Made by a program: the position numbers and the translations under genes. Below, in pieces: positions 26,971-37,309 of a stretch of DNA of 64,000 nucleotides; the stretch's first letter is position 1; the number at the start of each line of letters is the position of its first letter. This stretch comes from a virus: positions 1 to 64,000 of IMG/VR virus record IMGVR_UViG_3300025865_000006; one strand, 5' to 3'. The notes below the pieces were generated by a model. It did no database searches and was not told the origin of the DNA. It was given only the letters and a program-made list of their open reading frames with translations.

Positions 26971-27678
26971 ATGGCTGATACAAAAATTAGCGCTCTTACT
27001 GCTGCTTCCTCTGCTCTTGGTACTCAGGAAATTCCTGTCAACGAGGGTGGAACACCAAAGAAATTAACAGTTGCACAGATTCAGACGCTCTTTGGCGGCG
27101 TCTCGCCGGACACCCGGCCGTCATCGCCCAGTGCCTATGACAATGAGTTCGACACGCTCTCGGGCTGGACAACGCTCGGCACGCTCGACACGGCGAACGT
27201 CACCGACTTCCCGAGCCACGTCCACATCGGGCGGACGGCGGGGGAGTGGCGACTGGACGGCACCTACAAGGCGGCGCCCACGATGCCGTACACGGTGACG
27301 GCCAAACTCAGCGACACGACGGTGGGCGCCGACTATCAGTCCGCGGGCATCTTCGTTGGGGAGGCGTCGCCGGGCAAGCTGCTCACTTGGGGCCAATACT
27401 GGGAATCCGGCCGCGGATTGAGTCGCCAGATATGGACAGACCCGACAACGCGATTAGACAATGCCGCCTTTGCAGCGGGTTGGCCGCCGTTGTACCTGCG
27501 GATGATCGTCACGTCCTCGACTGACGTTGTGTGCCAATACTCCTATACCGGCTTCCTCTGGACGGAGGGGGCCGCCACAATCGACCCGGAGATGACCCTT
27601 GCCAGTGTCGGCTTCGTCGTGAGTGACTACTACGGCGCTAAGGTCGAAGCTGCCTTCGACTGGATCAGGTTCGTGTAG
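26971..27678 (+). CDS. tail fibre/receptor-binding protein with GC-rich lectin-like C-terminal domain
   Basis: MADTKISAL N-terminus; YDNEFD...FDWIRF beta-sandwich. Confidence 0.65.
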   Translation: MADTKISALTAASSALGTQEIPVNEGGTPKKLTVAQIQTLFGGVSPDTRPSSPSAYDNEFDTLSGWTTLGTLDTANVTDFPSHVHIGRTAGEWRLDGTYKAAPTMPYTVTAKLSDTTVGADYQSAGIFVGEASPGKLLTWGQYWESGRGLSRQIWTDPTTRLDNAAFAAGWPPLYLRMIVTSSTDVVCQYSYTGFLWTEGAATIDPEMTLASVGFVVSDYYGAKVEAAFDWIRFV

Positions 27679-27759
27679 TAGCCTGATAAACAAAGTTAAT
27701 AAGGTCAATTTAATGGCCTAAAACTCAATACAATGGGGATGGTTTGGTTGAATAACATG

Positions 27760-27799
27760 ATAGAAACCCTTGAAGGATATTCAGGGGTTTCTATTTTTA
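27760..27799 (+). terminator. terminator inside the tail operon
   Basis: ATAGAAACCCTTGAA-GGATA-TTCAGGGGTTTCTAT + TTTT. Confidence 0.8.
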
Positions 27800-27821
27800 T
27801 GCCCAAATCAGGTGATTTGTA

Positions 27822-30800
27822 ATGTCTAAATATCTTCTTGAAGACAGTTCTGGTGGGTATCTACTTGAAGATGGTTCTGGCGTTTTATTGCTAGAGTCCG
27901 TAATTAGTAGTGTATACGCACAAACTGCTGTACAAGTACTATCTAATCAATCCTATTATGCTCAATCCCAAGGGCAGATATTAGTTACATATCGAAATAG
28001 TAGCCAGTCTCGGGTTAAAATAGCTGTAAGTAGTACTTTCCAATCTTATGCCCAAACTAATTCCCAAATTATTTATATTTATACTGCTCCATATGGAAAG
28101 GGGCAGGCGCAGGCACAGATCATCTCCTTTGACGTGCCCCAATATGCCCAGTCACAAACTAGTATATTAATTTCCCAACAAGTTTATGCCCAAGCAACTG
28201 CTTGGATATCAATCCAGCGGTATACTACTGTATTTCAGGATACGTTTAGTCGTACTACAACTGCGCCCCCATTTGCTATAGGTAATGCCGATACAGGGCA
28301 ACCGTGGGTCTGGTCAGGTTGGGATACTAGGTGGAATGCAAGTACTACCCCTATATATGTTAATGGCTCTGTGCTGGTTATGCCTATACCTAGTGGGCAA
28401 ACTTATGACTCCCTATATAATACTGGTGCTACTACAGGTAATAATGATGGCGAGTTCTTTATGGATATATGGATTCCTGCATCCGGTGATAATGGTGCTT
28501 ATACATATTGGTATGATCGTAACTGGTATTTTCGTGCAACTAATACTGAAACCTCCTACAATATATCAGGCCCCAATAGTAATGGATCATGGCCTATTTC
28601 AACTAGAAGTGCTTGGTACACAACACACGTTGTAATAAGTACTACAGATTCCAATCACGTTAAGATACATTTTTGGAAAGTAGGAGATACTGAACCTGTT
28701 ACGTGGACAGTAATTCAGACCTCATGGCCTGTAAATCAATTAGGCAGCAATAGCCCCGGCCTTCTTGATATCTATGAGTCTAGTGTTAATGAGGCTTCAA
28801 AGTTTGATAATATTATTGTTAAGGGTGTTGGCGCGTTCTTATATAATCAATCTAATGCTCAGGTTAACGCTAATATACTTGTCGTATCTAGTGTATTTTC
28901 CCAAGCATTAGCCGTAGTAAATCAATCACAGTGGGTTGGACAGGCACAAACAGATATTCTAGTATTTGATAATAATACTTTTTCCCAAACACAGGCATTC
29001 ATTAAAAAGGGCGCAGGATATGCTAATGCACAAGCATGGCTTGATATTGGCCCTTATAACAGCTATGCATATAAGGTAAAGCAAGACGGTGCTGTAAGCT
29101 TTTGGCCAATGGAGGGACCTAAATCTAGTGGCCCACAAGATATTATTGGTAATTATACTCTAACAAAATACTATGATAACTACTTTAATTACGGTTCCCC
29201 TTATGGTGGTATAAATCCCCCATATAGACAGGCTCATAGTTTCTATTATTACTACGGATATCTTTATTCCCCAACTTATTCTAGGTTCCAAGGTACCCAA
29301 TGGACGTTTGAAGGGTGGGTACAATTCTATACGGGTTATGGCATTTCAGGTAAAGCTCCAATATTCTCAATAGGCTCTAGTGTTGTTGTTGGACAGGGCG
29401 GAACCACCCCTAACTCGTTGGGTAACTATGTTACTACTATGTGGGGAAGTACCGTTTATAACTCTAATGTTACAGTAGATGCTGGTAACGGATGGTCTTC
29501 TTGGTACTATCTTGCTCTTACTTACGATAATGGAACAGTTACTTTCTATGTAAATGGTGTACAAACAAATCAATGGAATGGGTCTTCTGTTGCCGGTAAT
29601 TATTTCTATTTAGACTACTCACCTTATCAGGGTTCAAACGTTTCTCAAAACTATTACCCTATATATGACAGTATAGCCGCTTATAATACGGTATTAACTT
29701 CTGCTCAAGTAGCCGACCACTATATTGCAGGTAAGCTACAGGCTTATGCCCAAGCAGGGGCCTTAATTACTTGGCGTTGGGGATTTGCTGGTGCTTCTTG
29801 GTATATATATAACCTGACACCGGGAGCAATGAATATTTTCCAACAGATTAGTCAGGCTGCTGTTGCTATATTTGCTACCACTAATCACTATGCACAAGCA
29901 AGAGTAAAAGTAATATATAAAGATACTTCTAAGTCTGCACAGGCACAAGCTGCTTTTAATCCTTTCTATGTCCCAACATTCAATATGGGGTTGTATGTAA
30001 ATCAGGATGATACTACCTATTACATTGTAAATACACCCGGATGGCCTAACTTTCCTGAATACTCAATGCCTGATAATGCCCAGTGGTGGGCAACAGGAAC
30101 CTTCGTTGCTGATGTATCGGGTACATGGCAATTCCAAATGTTTGCCGACTATTCAGGGTATCTAAATATAGATGCCACCACTGTTCTAACTGCAAGTGCA
30201 GAAGTTGATGGTGGATATGCAACCGGCTCTATCTCCCTTACTGAGGGAACTACGTACCAAATCACTACAAATTGGTATGGGGATTGGACAATAAATGGCT
30301 GGATTGTACAATATATGCGACCAGCAGACACATATTGGAACATATTAACCAGTAACAATCCTCCGTGGACTCCCTATTATCTAGGGCTTTCACAATATTC
30401 ACAGGTTAATGCAGAGATAAGTTCCACCATTGCTCGCAGCCAAGCCCAAGTATACATAAAGGTAACAGATATTGCTGTATCTGGTCAGGCACAATTACAG
30501 ATCGGTGGATTTAGACCGGGCCAAGCAATTGCGCAAATTGGATACAATGTTCTAGGGTATAGAAAGGCTGTTCTTACTGATAGACCTATACTCTATTATC
30601 CGCTAGATGAAACATATTATGGTGGAGAAGTAGCTTATAGTGCTTATAACTTTTATGACGGAGGTTATTTACCAGAATTTGCGGCAGACGGTAATACCGA
30701 TAATGGTTGGGCAAGTGCAGGCTACACTATAGGTGAGTGGTGGCAAGTAACTTGGGGTGCTCCACAAAGCATACTAACAGTAAAAGTAACTAATAGGCCC

Positions 30801-33611
30801 GACTATACGTTTGGGTCTGGTAGAATTTTATATAGCAATGGTACTTCTTATAATGTAACATTCCCTTCTACTAGTGGGGAGGTTTCAACCTACACTGCCC
30901 CTGCTACAAATGTTACATGGATGCGTTTAATAAGCGATTCGGATGGAAATGGTGATCCTGGATTCTCAGAAGTAGAAGCCTATAATGGGGATGCAACAAA
31001 TCTTGTTAGATTTGCTTTGGGTGTTTCAGTAGGACAAGAGGCAGGTATTCTTCATACCTTAGTAGGTAGAGGGGATGCTGTTTGGAATAAAAGCGGTGCC
31101 ACTTTTGGTGTAACTGGTAGCCTATCAAATCAAGGAACATCAATCTTCTGGCCTTATGGTGGTGGGTGGGGTGTAGGGCAATTAAACGCACACAAGATAC
31201 TAGCTCAACAAATAGGAAGCGACTATGGATGGATTCCTACAACCGTTGGAAGTGCCATTACTGTTGAATTCTGGATGTACTGGACCGGAACAGACGATGT
31301 TGCGGCATATTATCTTGGTAGTAGTGGCTCCCCTTGGGGAGGTCTCTATTTCTATGGGGGCAACTACGGATTTAATTCAAATGGTGGAGATATTTACGGT
31401 CTTGCCTCAACAGGTCTTGATAATAAATGGCTCCATGTTGCAATGGTATGGTACTCAGGTCAAGACGAAGCAATAGCAAACAAGATTTATATTAATGGGG
31501 TTTCGCAAGCTCTATCGCAAGTGAGAGGGTCCCGTACTGCCAGAACCTTTGGGCAAGATGTGTGGTTAGGTTATGACGAATACTCATGGAATGGTGGATT
31601 GGATGAATTTGCGATCTTCGATCACGAACTGTCTGCCGGTCAAATTCTCACACACTTCCAAGCCCGAACAACGCGCCCTCCACAAACGTACAGTGGGTTT
31701 GGTCAGGCACAATTCTGGTACCTAACCCCTGTTGTAACGGGACAAGCACAGACTCGGATTAAGCAAACATATCCGTTAATGAGTATGGATACAAATTATG
31801 CCCTGACTACTATGGGTGCTACAGCAATAGATTCGATGGGGCAGTTAACCCCGATAAACGTTATAGATGGAAATGACGCCGGACCAGTGTGGGAAATCTT
31901 TGGTCCTCAAGCCTATTTCGAGAACGGTGTCTGGATTCAGGATGATGAATGGCTACAAATAGACTTTGGGCAAGATAGAACTGTTAACTATTACCGAATA
32001 GTTCCAGTTAGGTATGATGCTACTGTAAGTTTACAGTATTGGGATGGTGCTTGGCAGGAGCTTATACAGGGTATATCGTTTAACGTAGGAATCTTCGATC
32101 CGATTGATGCTTCAAAAGCTATAGCAGGGGAGCTACCTTCTATAACAACAAGTCTTTGGAGATTACTGGTAGATAATCTTGGTACAAATAATGGGGTATC
32201 TATTCTAACGTTTGAGTTAGGATTTGCTACAGTTAAATCTGGAACATTTGCTCAGGCACAAGCATCCTTTGGACACTTTGCTGTAGGACAAGCTGGAACC
32301 CTCTTGTGGCCCGCTTTTGGCCTTACCGCCTTTGGACAGGCCCTAGTAACTATTATCACTACGTACCAAACGAGCAGTCAATCCAATACATGGGTAATCC
32401 CACCTACAGTAACAGGACTTACCACTGTTGATATTTTACAAACATTTAATACATATAACCAAGCAAATACTTGGATTATACCCCCTACTGTTATTGCTAA
32501 TGCGCAAGCACGGATAATAGCTTATGATGTTTCTCAATTTGGGCAGGCTAAGGCTAGGGTATTGCAAACATATGTAAAGACAGGTTATGCAAAGGTATGG
32601 ATTACTAAGCCACAATGGGCTGGACAGGCCCTAGTAACTATTTTGGATAGGAGACACGGTAAAAGCTATGGTCAAACCAAAGTTTATATAGGCCACTTCC
32701 AATTTGCTAGTACCCAAGCATACATTACCAAGAACTGGAAATGGGCGCAAGCAAAAGCTCTTATTAGAGGGGTAGGTATACAGAGATACGCACAGGCAAC
32801 TGTATATATTTATCCTTGGCCTAGTTCCCAAGTACAGGCAGCTATTAGGCAAACCTATAGAGAAATTGGCGGGGCGGTAGCACTATTAAATACAGGTCTA
32901 GAAACAGCGCAGGCACAAGCAGATATGGTGCAAACCTATTATTCGGAGGGTAATTCACGAGTTTGGATTAAACAAGTATACTCTCCGATTGCACAAGCCT
33001 TGGCAGTGTTGTTTGAGAGACATTGGGTAGGGGCACAAGCCAGAACGCGGATATCCAAGCAATACAAAGTCACAGGACAAGCTATGGTTTGGGTAGGGTA
33101 CCATAAGTTTAGTCAGGCCCAAGCACGCATAATAGCCTTCAATGTCCCTAAATTTGGCCTAGCAGCGGGTTATATAGTAGTGGGACAGGCTATTCCCCCC
33201 GGTATAGGGCCAACTAGTGACTATTATACATATCTTGTGCGATTCAATGGTCACGACTTGCCGGGGTATGCCCAGTCAGAATCCTACTCAAATGAAGTAA
33301 GTCTTAACTCATATCCTGCACCATATATTGATGGTGCATTATCTGAAGATACAGGGCTTAAAAATACTGTAATAACAATAGAAATGCTTGTATGGGAACC
33401 AACCTATGAAGCATGTAAGGATAAGGTTAGATTAGCAGCTACAATTATGCGGTCAGCACGGGGATTTGCTCCGCTATATATACAGCATAGAGATAAGTAC
33501 TATTTAGCCATTGCAAACTCTTTGGCTGTTTCAAAGCAGGTACCAGAGAGTTCTACAATTCTAAAGTACACTCTAACATTCGAGGCACGTCCAGTTAAAA
33601 TAGATAGTTAA
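27822..33611 (+). CDS. giant multidomain adhesin (LamG x2, PA14-like, F5/8-like x2, AQAQ repeats, C-terminal Dit-like domain)
   Basis: WTFEGWV, LDEFAIFDHELSAGQI, FQMFADYSG, EWLQIDFG; C-terminus aligns with 26225. Confidence 0.75.
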   Translation: MSKYLLEDSSGGYLLEDGSGVLLLESVISSVYAQTAVQVLSNQSYYAQSQGQILVTYRNSSQSRVKIAVSSTFQSYAQTNSQIIYIYTAPYGKGQAQAQIISFDVPQYAQSQTSILISQQVYAQATAWISIQRYTTVFQDTFSRTTTAPPFAIGNADTGQPWVWSGWDTRWNASTTPIYVNGSVLVMPIPSGQTYDSLYNTGATTGNNDGEFFMDIWIPASGDNGAYTYWYDRNWYFRATNTETSYNISGPNSNGSWPISTRSAWYTTHVVISTTDSNHVKIHFWKVGDTEPVTWTVIQTSWPVNQLGSNSPGLLDIYESSVNEASKFDNIIVKGVGAFLYNQSNAQVNANILVVSSVFSQALAVVNQSQWVGQAQTDILVFDNNTFSQTQAFIKKGAGYANAQAWLDIGPYNSYAYKVKQDGAVSFWPMEGPKSSGPQDIIGNYTLTKYYDNYFNYGSPYGGINPPYRQAHSFYYYYGYLYSPTYSRFQGTQWTFEGWVQFYTGYGISGKAPIFSIGSSVVVGQGGTTPNSLGNYVTTMWGSTVYNSNVTVDAGNGWSSWYYLALTYDNGTVTFYVNGVQTNQWNGSSVAGNYFYLDYSPYQGSNVSQNYYPIYDSIAAYNTVLTSAQVADHYIAGKLQAYAQAGALITWRWGFAGASWYIYNLTPGAMNIFQQISQAAVAIFATTNHYAQARVKVIYKDTSKSAQAQAAFNPFYVPTFNMGLYVNQDDTTYYIVNTPGWPNFPEYSMPDNAQWWATGTFVADVSGTWQFQMFADYSGYLNIDATTVLTASAEVDGGYATGSISLTEGTTYQITTNWYGDWTINGWIVQYMRPADTYWNILTSNNPPWTPYYLGLSQYSQVNAEISSTIARSQAQVYIKVTDIAVSGQAQLQIGGFRPGQAIAQIGYNVLGYRKAVLTDRPILYYPLDETYYGGEVAYSAYNFYDGGYLPEFAADGNTDNGWASAGYTIGEWWQVTWGAPQSILTVKVTNRPDYTFGSGRILYSNGTSYNVTFPSTSGEVSTYTAPATNVTWMRLISDSDGNGDPGFSEVEAYNGDATNLVRFALGVSVGQEAGILHTLVGRGDAVWNKSGATFGVTGSLSNQGTSIFWPYGGGWGVGQLNAHKILAQQIGSDYGWIPTTVGSAITVEFWMYWTGTDDVAAYYLGSSGSPWGGLYFYGGNYGFNSNGGDIYGLASTGLDNKWLHVAMVWYSGQDEAIANKIYINGVSQALSQVRGSRTARTFGQDVWLGYDEYSWNGGLDEFAIFDHELSAGQILTHFQARTTRPPQTYSGFGQAQFWYLTPVVTGQAQTRIKQTYPLMSMDTNYALTTMGATAIDSMGQLTPINVIDGNDAGPVWEIFGPQAYFENGVWIQDDEWLQIDFGQDRTVNYYRIVPVRYDATVSLQYWDGAWQELIQGISFNVGIFDPIDASKAIAGELPSITTSLWRLLVDNLGTNNGVSILTFELGFATVKSGTFAQAQASFGHFAVGQAGTLLWPAFGLTAFGQALVTIITTYQTSSQSNTWVIPPTVTGLTTVDILQTFNTYNQANTWIIPPTVIANAQARIIAYDVSQFGQAKARVLQTYVKTGYAKVWITKPQWAGQALVTILDRRHGKSYGQTKVYIGHFQFASTQAYITKNWKWAQAKALIRGVGIQRYAQATVYIYPWPSSQVQAAIRQTYREIGGAVALLNTGLETAQAQADMVQTYYSEGNSRVWIKQVYSPIAQALAVLFERHWVGAQARTRISKQYKVTGQAMVWVGYHKFSQAQARIIAFNVPKFGLAAGYIVVGQAIPPGIGPTSDYYTYLVRFNGHDLPGYAQSESYSNEVSLNSYPAPYIDGALSEDTGLKNTVITIEMLVWEPTYEACKDKVRLAATIMRSARGFAPLYIQHRDKYYLAIANSLAVSKQVPESSTILKYTLTFEARPVKIDS

Positions 33612-33618
33612 GGTAAGG

Positions 33619-36363
33619 GTGAATACGATTCTACAGATTAGGCTTTCGTTACCAAATTTTGCCAGCGGGGTAAGCTTTGTAGACCCGGTAATTATTGAGC
33701 GGGCGGAAAATGTTTCACTAGTTAAGACAGTAAGCTCTAGTGACGAAACTATTACATTTGAGATGCCCCTTAATGATCCCAAGATGCAGTATGTTACTTA
33801 TATCCGTTGGTGGGAATGTTGGGATACAGATACAAACGTGCGACTAAATTATGGGCCAATTACTGCAATTAGTTATACTAGTGGACAAACTAAAAAGATA
33901 TCTGGTCCCGGTAGATCGGCCTTACTGGAAGAGTTTTATAAGAGCACCCAAACATTCTATTATCCAATTAACCAGTTCTTTGATGACCTGCGTTACGAAA
34001 ATATTGCTGGTGAGCCTCGTACTTCAACTATCATTAACAAGGCTACTAGTTCTGATTACTACGGCTTAAGTCTACGTACCAAAGATTTTGCCATTGATGA
34101 GCAAACAGGGTTTATCTCTATTGGTAGAGATACGCCAGAGCGAGGAACAAAAAAGAGCGATGCTTTCTGGACAGGGATAGACAAAGCAGATTATCTTACA
34201 GTTAATCTAGGGGACAAGTATACCATTTCTAAAGCCCTAGTGTTACTTCCTTGGTGGGGTGGGCCAACAGTTTGGAATACTAGAACATACGAGTGGGATT
34301 GGTCACACTCAGATAGTCCTGATAGCGGATTTACTACTGATTTTACTACTGTTGGACCTCATGATGGTGCTTGGATGGACCCGGCTATTGGTGGGACACC
34401 TATTTACTATGGGGGGGAAACAGGATTTGATAATCATCAGATAGCGGTAGATGGGGATGCAGTAGAAGCACAATATTGGAAGGTAAATATAAGGGATGCA
34501 CATGCTTGGTATGGAAATGCCCTAGCTGGTGTCTCTTCTGATGAGTGGGGTTGGGAATGTGGGGAAAGTAATGTGCTGTTTGGAAATAGTGCTATTTCCC
34601 CAACAGTAAGTGGGGGAATTATTCCTAAAACTGACTTAAATCCATCAAGTAACTGCCATGCTTCGGTAGTAGAATTAGGTGTATATAGAAAAATTCTAGG
34701 TAGGGATAACATCCCTAACCTAGCATACCACCAAATACAAGATGATAATAGACAGATTACTTATTATCATGTACCCGACGCTAGTGAAATGATTAGTGCT
34801 GGTTCCGGTACTAAGTTTGAACCGGGTGGATTTTTTAGAAGGGTTACATACACATCTGGTGGGGGAAATATAGTAAAGAGTGAGTTTAATAATATTTTAT
34901 ATACAGGTGGAAGTTATACCTTATCGTGCCCCGCTTATTCTAGACTGCTGTTATTTAGCGATGCCTCTACCCAAGTAACGCAAGCTGACGCATGGATAAG
35001 TACTGTAGATGCCTTTTCTTATGGGGGAAGTTACTCCCACACTATTGTACAGAATGATACGGCTGTTCTACACTTTAGGGGAGTCTCACTAAAATGGTTT
35101 GCCACCATACCCGAAGGCTCTACAGCAGGTCGAGTATCCATTGAATTGCGATCCAAGGATGGTGCAGGTATATGGACTGACTGGGACACATTAGAAGCTG
35201 GTCTTACGCTTCCTGTAGGTGTTTCAGCAGAAAAGGTCTATGAGATAACCTATGAGTCTGCTCTACTTCAAGACGACACAAATTATGAATTAAAAATTAC
35301 CAATCTAAATGGTGGTTATGTATCTATTGATGCCTTTGCAGGATATTGGTCAGCCTCTTTCTCAGAAATTAATGAGGATGATAATAGGTTTGGAATAGCG
35401 GCGCTAACTGAAGCAACACAGCTTTTTAATTCAGCAGACTCCTTCGGTAGTGTATATGAGTTTAAGGATGTAGGGCATGTTGCGAAGATGGGCTTCACCT
35501 TTACAGGGGATAGGATTATTGTTTATGCTAAGAAGGGTCCGAACTCTGGCAAGATTCAGGTATTCTTATGGAATCCCTTTGGACCGGGTACGTATCCCAT
35601 TCCCGGTGGGGAAGCAGATGGCTCACTCATAGTTGACCTACAGAGTGCCTATGAGGTTCCACAAGTGGTCATCTTTGATTCTAATGATTTCTTTACTGAT
35701 ACCGGCTTACCTTGGGCACATCACCAACTTTATATTTGGAAACCGGATGATACTGCTCCTATGTATGTAGATGGCCTAGGGGTTCATGAGACAAGCGGAC
35801 TTAGCGTTAAGTTTGTAAACACAACACATCTAGAGATACTAAAAAATACATGTGAAGCACTACAACTAGAGTGGGATGTAACGGAAAACGGTATTTTAGT
35901 TGTCCCAAGAATTGGAACGGATACAGATGTAATCTTTGCAGAGGGCAGGGGAACTACGATTAGTATCCAAGATGATGAGGATTCTAGCCAAGTAGCAACT
36001 ATGCTTATATCTTCAGGCTCAGATATTGATGGATTACCCTTAACAACGGTAGTAGAGAACAAGGTAACTAGAAAGCTGTTTGGAAGAACCATTCAGCGTT
36101 TGTATGACTTTAGAAATATTGGAGATTACTTTACACTTATTGGGGCATCTAGAGCAGAGTTATTAAAGCGTAGAACACCGCAGAAGAAAATTATAGTTAC
36201 CTATGCCCCCGGTCCCCTACCTGTAAACTTAGGTGATAGTTTTATAGTCAAGAACACTGATTTGGAAGTTCGTGTTAGAGCAATAACAATTACAAGGAAT
36301 CAATCTTCCAGTGCGGGTACAGACTATTCAATGGAGTGTATAACATGGCCGCAGATCATATAA
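33619..36363 (+). CDS. tail tip hub protein (Tal-like) with inserted carbohydrate-binding modules
   Basis: Hub-like N- and C-termini (TFEMPLNDPK; VNLGDSFIV) around discoidin/galactose-binding-like domains. Confidence 0.7.
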   Translation: MNTILQIRLSLPNFASGVSFVDPVIIERAENVSLVKTVSSSDETITFEMPLNDPKMQYVTYIRWWECWDTDTNVRLNYGPITAISYTSGQTKKISGPGRSALLEEFYKSTQTFYYPINQFFDDLRYENIAGEPRTSTIINKATSSDYYGLSLRTKDFAIDEQTGFISIGRDTPERGTKKSDAFWTGIDKADYLTVNLGDKYTISKALVLLPWWGGPTVWNTRTYEWDWSHSDSPDSGFTTDFTTVGPHDGAWMDPAIGGTPIYYGGETGFDNHQIAVDGDAVEAQYWKVNIRDAHAWYGNALAGVSSDEWGWECGESNVLFGNSAISPTVSGGIIPKTDLNPSSNCHASVVELGVYRKILGRDNIPNLAYHQIQDDNRQITYYHVPDASEMISAGSGTKFEPGGFFRRVTYTSGGGNIVKSEFNNILYTGGSYTLSCPAYSRLLLFSDASTQVTQADAWISTVDAFSYGGSYSHTIVQNDTAVLHFRGVSLKWFATIPEGSTAGRVSIELRSKDGAGIWTDWDTLEAGLTLPVGVSAEKVYEITYESALLQDDTNYELKITNLNGGYVSIDAFAGYWSASFSEINEDDNRFGIAALTEATQLFNSADSFGSVYEFKDVGHVAKMGFTFTGDRIIVYAKKGPNSGKIQVFLWNPFGPGTYPIPGGEADGSLIVDLQSAYEVPQVVIFDSNDFFTDTGLPWAHHQLYIWKPDDTAPMYVDGLGVHETSGLSVKFVNTTHLEILKNTCEALQLEWDVTENGILVVPRIGTDTDVIFAEGRGTTISIQDDEDSSQVATMLISSGSDIDGLPLTTVVENKVTRKLFGRTIQRLYDFRNIGDYFTLIGASRAELLKRRTPQKKIIVTYAPGPLPVNLGDSFIVKNTDLEVRVRAITITRNQSSSAGTDYSMECITWPQII

Positions 36364-36599
36364 TAAGAGTTGGGAATAAGATAAGGCGCTTTCAGGATGA
36401 GACAAGGGATACCACTAATTACATTGCTGAAAATCTTAACCTGATAGAAAAATCAAACGACTTACTTGGTGTTCTATACCCTTATACCCTGGAATTTAAA
36501 ATATATGGGGGCGGTAGTGCCTATCTAACTTTAACCTTTTACGAAAAATTTAGGTCGCTTAGAGCAATTCACCCTGCGGGTGTACTATGGACAAAGTAA
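36345..36599 (+). CDS. tail tip protein, paralogue 1
   Basis: Shares N-terminal motif with the next two ORFs. Confidence 0.6.
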   Translation: MAADHIIRVGNKIRRFQDETRDTTNYIAENLNLIEKSNDLLGVLYPYTLEFKIYGGGSAYLTLTFYEKFRSLRAIHPAGVLWTK

Positions 36600-37309
36600 A
36601 AGATACAGGCCAGAAAATAGATAAGATACGTAAAGAATCGGGACTTAATGCTAAGCGTATATCTGAAAATTTTCTACAGCCCCACAGAACAGTAGAGAAC
36701 TTTAATAAAATTACCCCTCATCTAACTACGTTTACTGCAACCCCCGGTTCATCTGCAATATTAAACCTTAAAGTAACAGAGTTTCCTATACTCTGCACAG
36801 TTAATCCTCCACTTCTTCATATTTCTACAGACGCAGCCTTTAGCTACTCTAATCCGGGTAGTGTAACAAGTCTCGCTAGTAGCAACCTAATAGACCCCCC
36901 TAATAACGATTTTGTACTAGCAGGGGGTGGGGTACAAGTACCTGTAGATGGTTGTTATAGTGTGTTTTGGACTTCTAATGCGTGGGGGATGGGATATTTT
37001 GATGATAAGGTTGTTAATGTAACAATAACAAGAATACGTGGGGGTTCCGTATATGGCATTAGAACAGTAGGACAAACTCCTACTGGTGTCCTTATTCTAT
37101 TCGGTCCGGGGATTTATTGTTATGCCCCTGCCTCACCAGTATGGGCGGTTGTAGAGTGCATGGCGGGGGATATTATTTCTGCTGCCTTGACAGAAAATGA
37201 TATAGGCCAAACGTATCCTTGGATTGGTGGTGGACTCGGGGGATTCTTCAGCGCCGGTTTAGGCGATAGTAACATGTTAATTACTCTAATAGCGGAGTTT
37301 GAAACGTAA
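36587..37309 (+). CDS. tail tip protein, paralogue 2, C1q/TNF-like C-terminus
   Basis: GVQVPVDGCYSVF...AGDII. Confidence 0.6.
   Translation: MDKVKDTGQKIDKIRKESGLNAKRISENFLQPHRTVENFNKITPHLTTFTATPGSSAILNLKVTEFPILCTVNPPLLHISTDAAFSYSNPGSVTSLASSNLIDPPNNDFVLAGGGVQVPVDGCYSVFWTSNAWGMGYFDDKVVNVTITRIRGGSVYGIRTVGQTPTGVLILFGPGIYCYAPASPVWAVVECMAGDIISAALTENDIGQTYPWIGGGLGGFFSAGLGDSNMLITLIAEFET

Noticed and set aside
27085-27682. Diversity-generating retroelement target
   Set aside because: No template repeat or reverse transcriptase seen; long alternate-frame ORFs here reflect high GC
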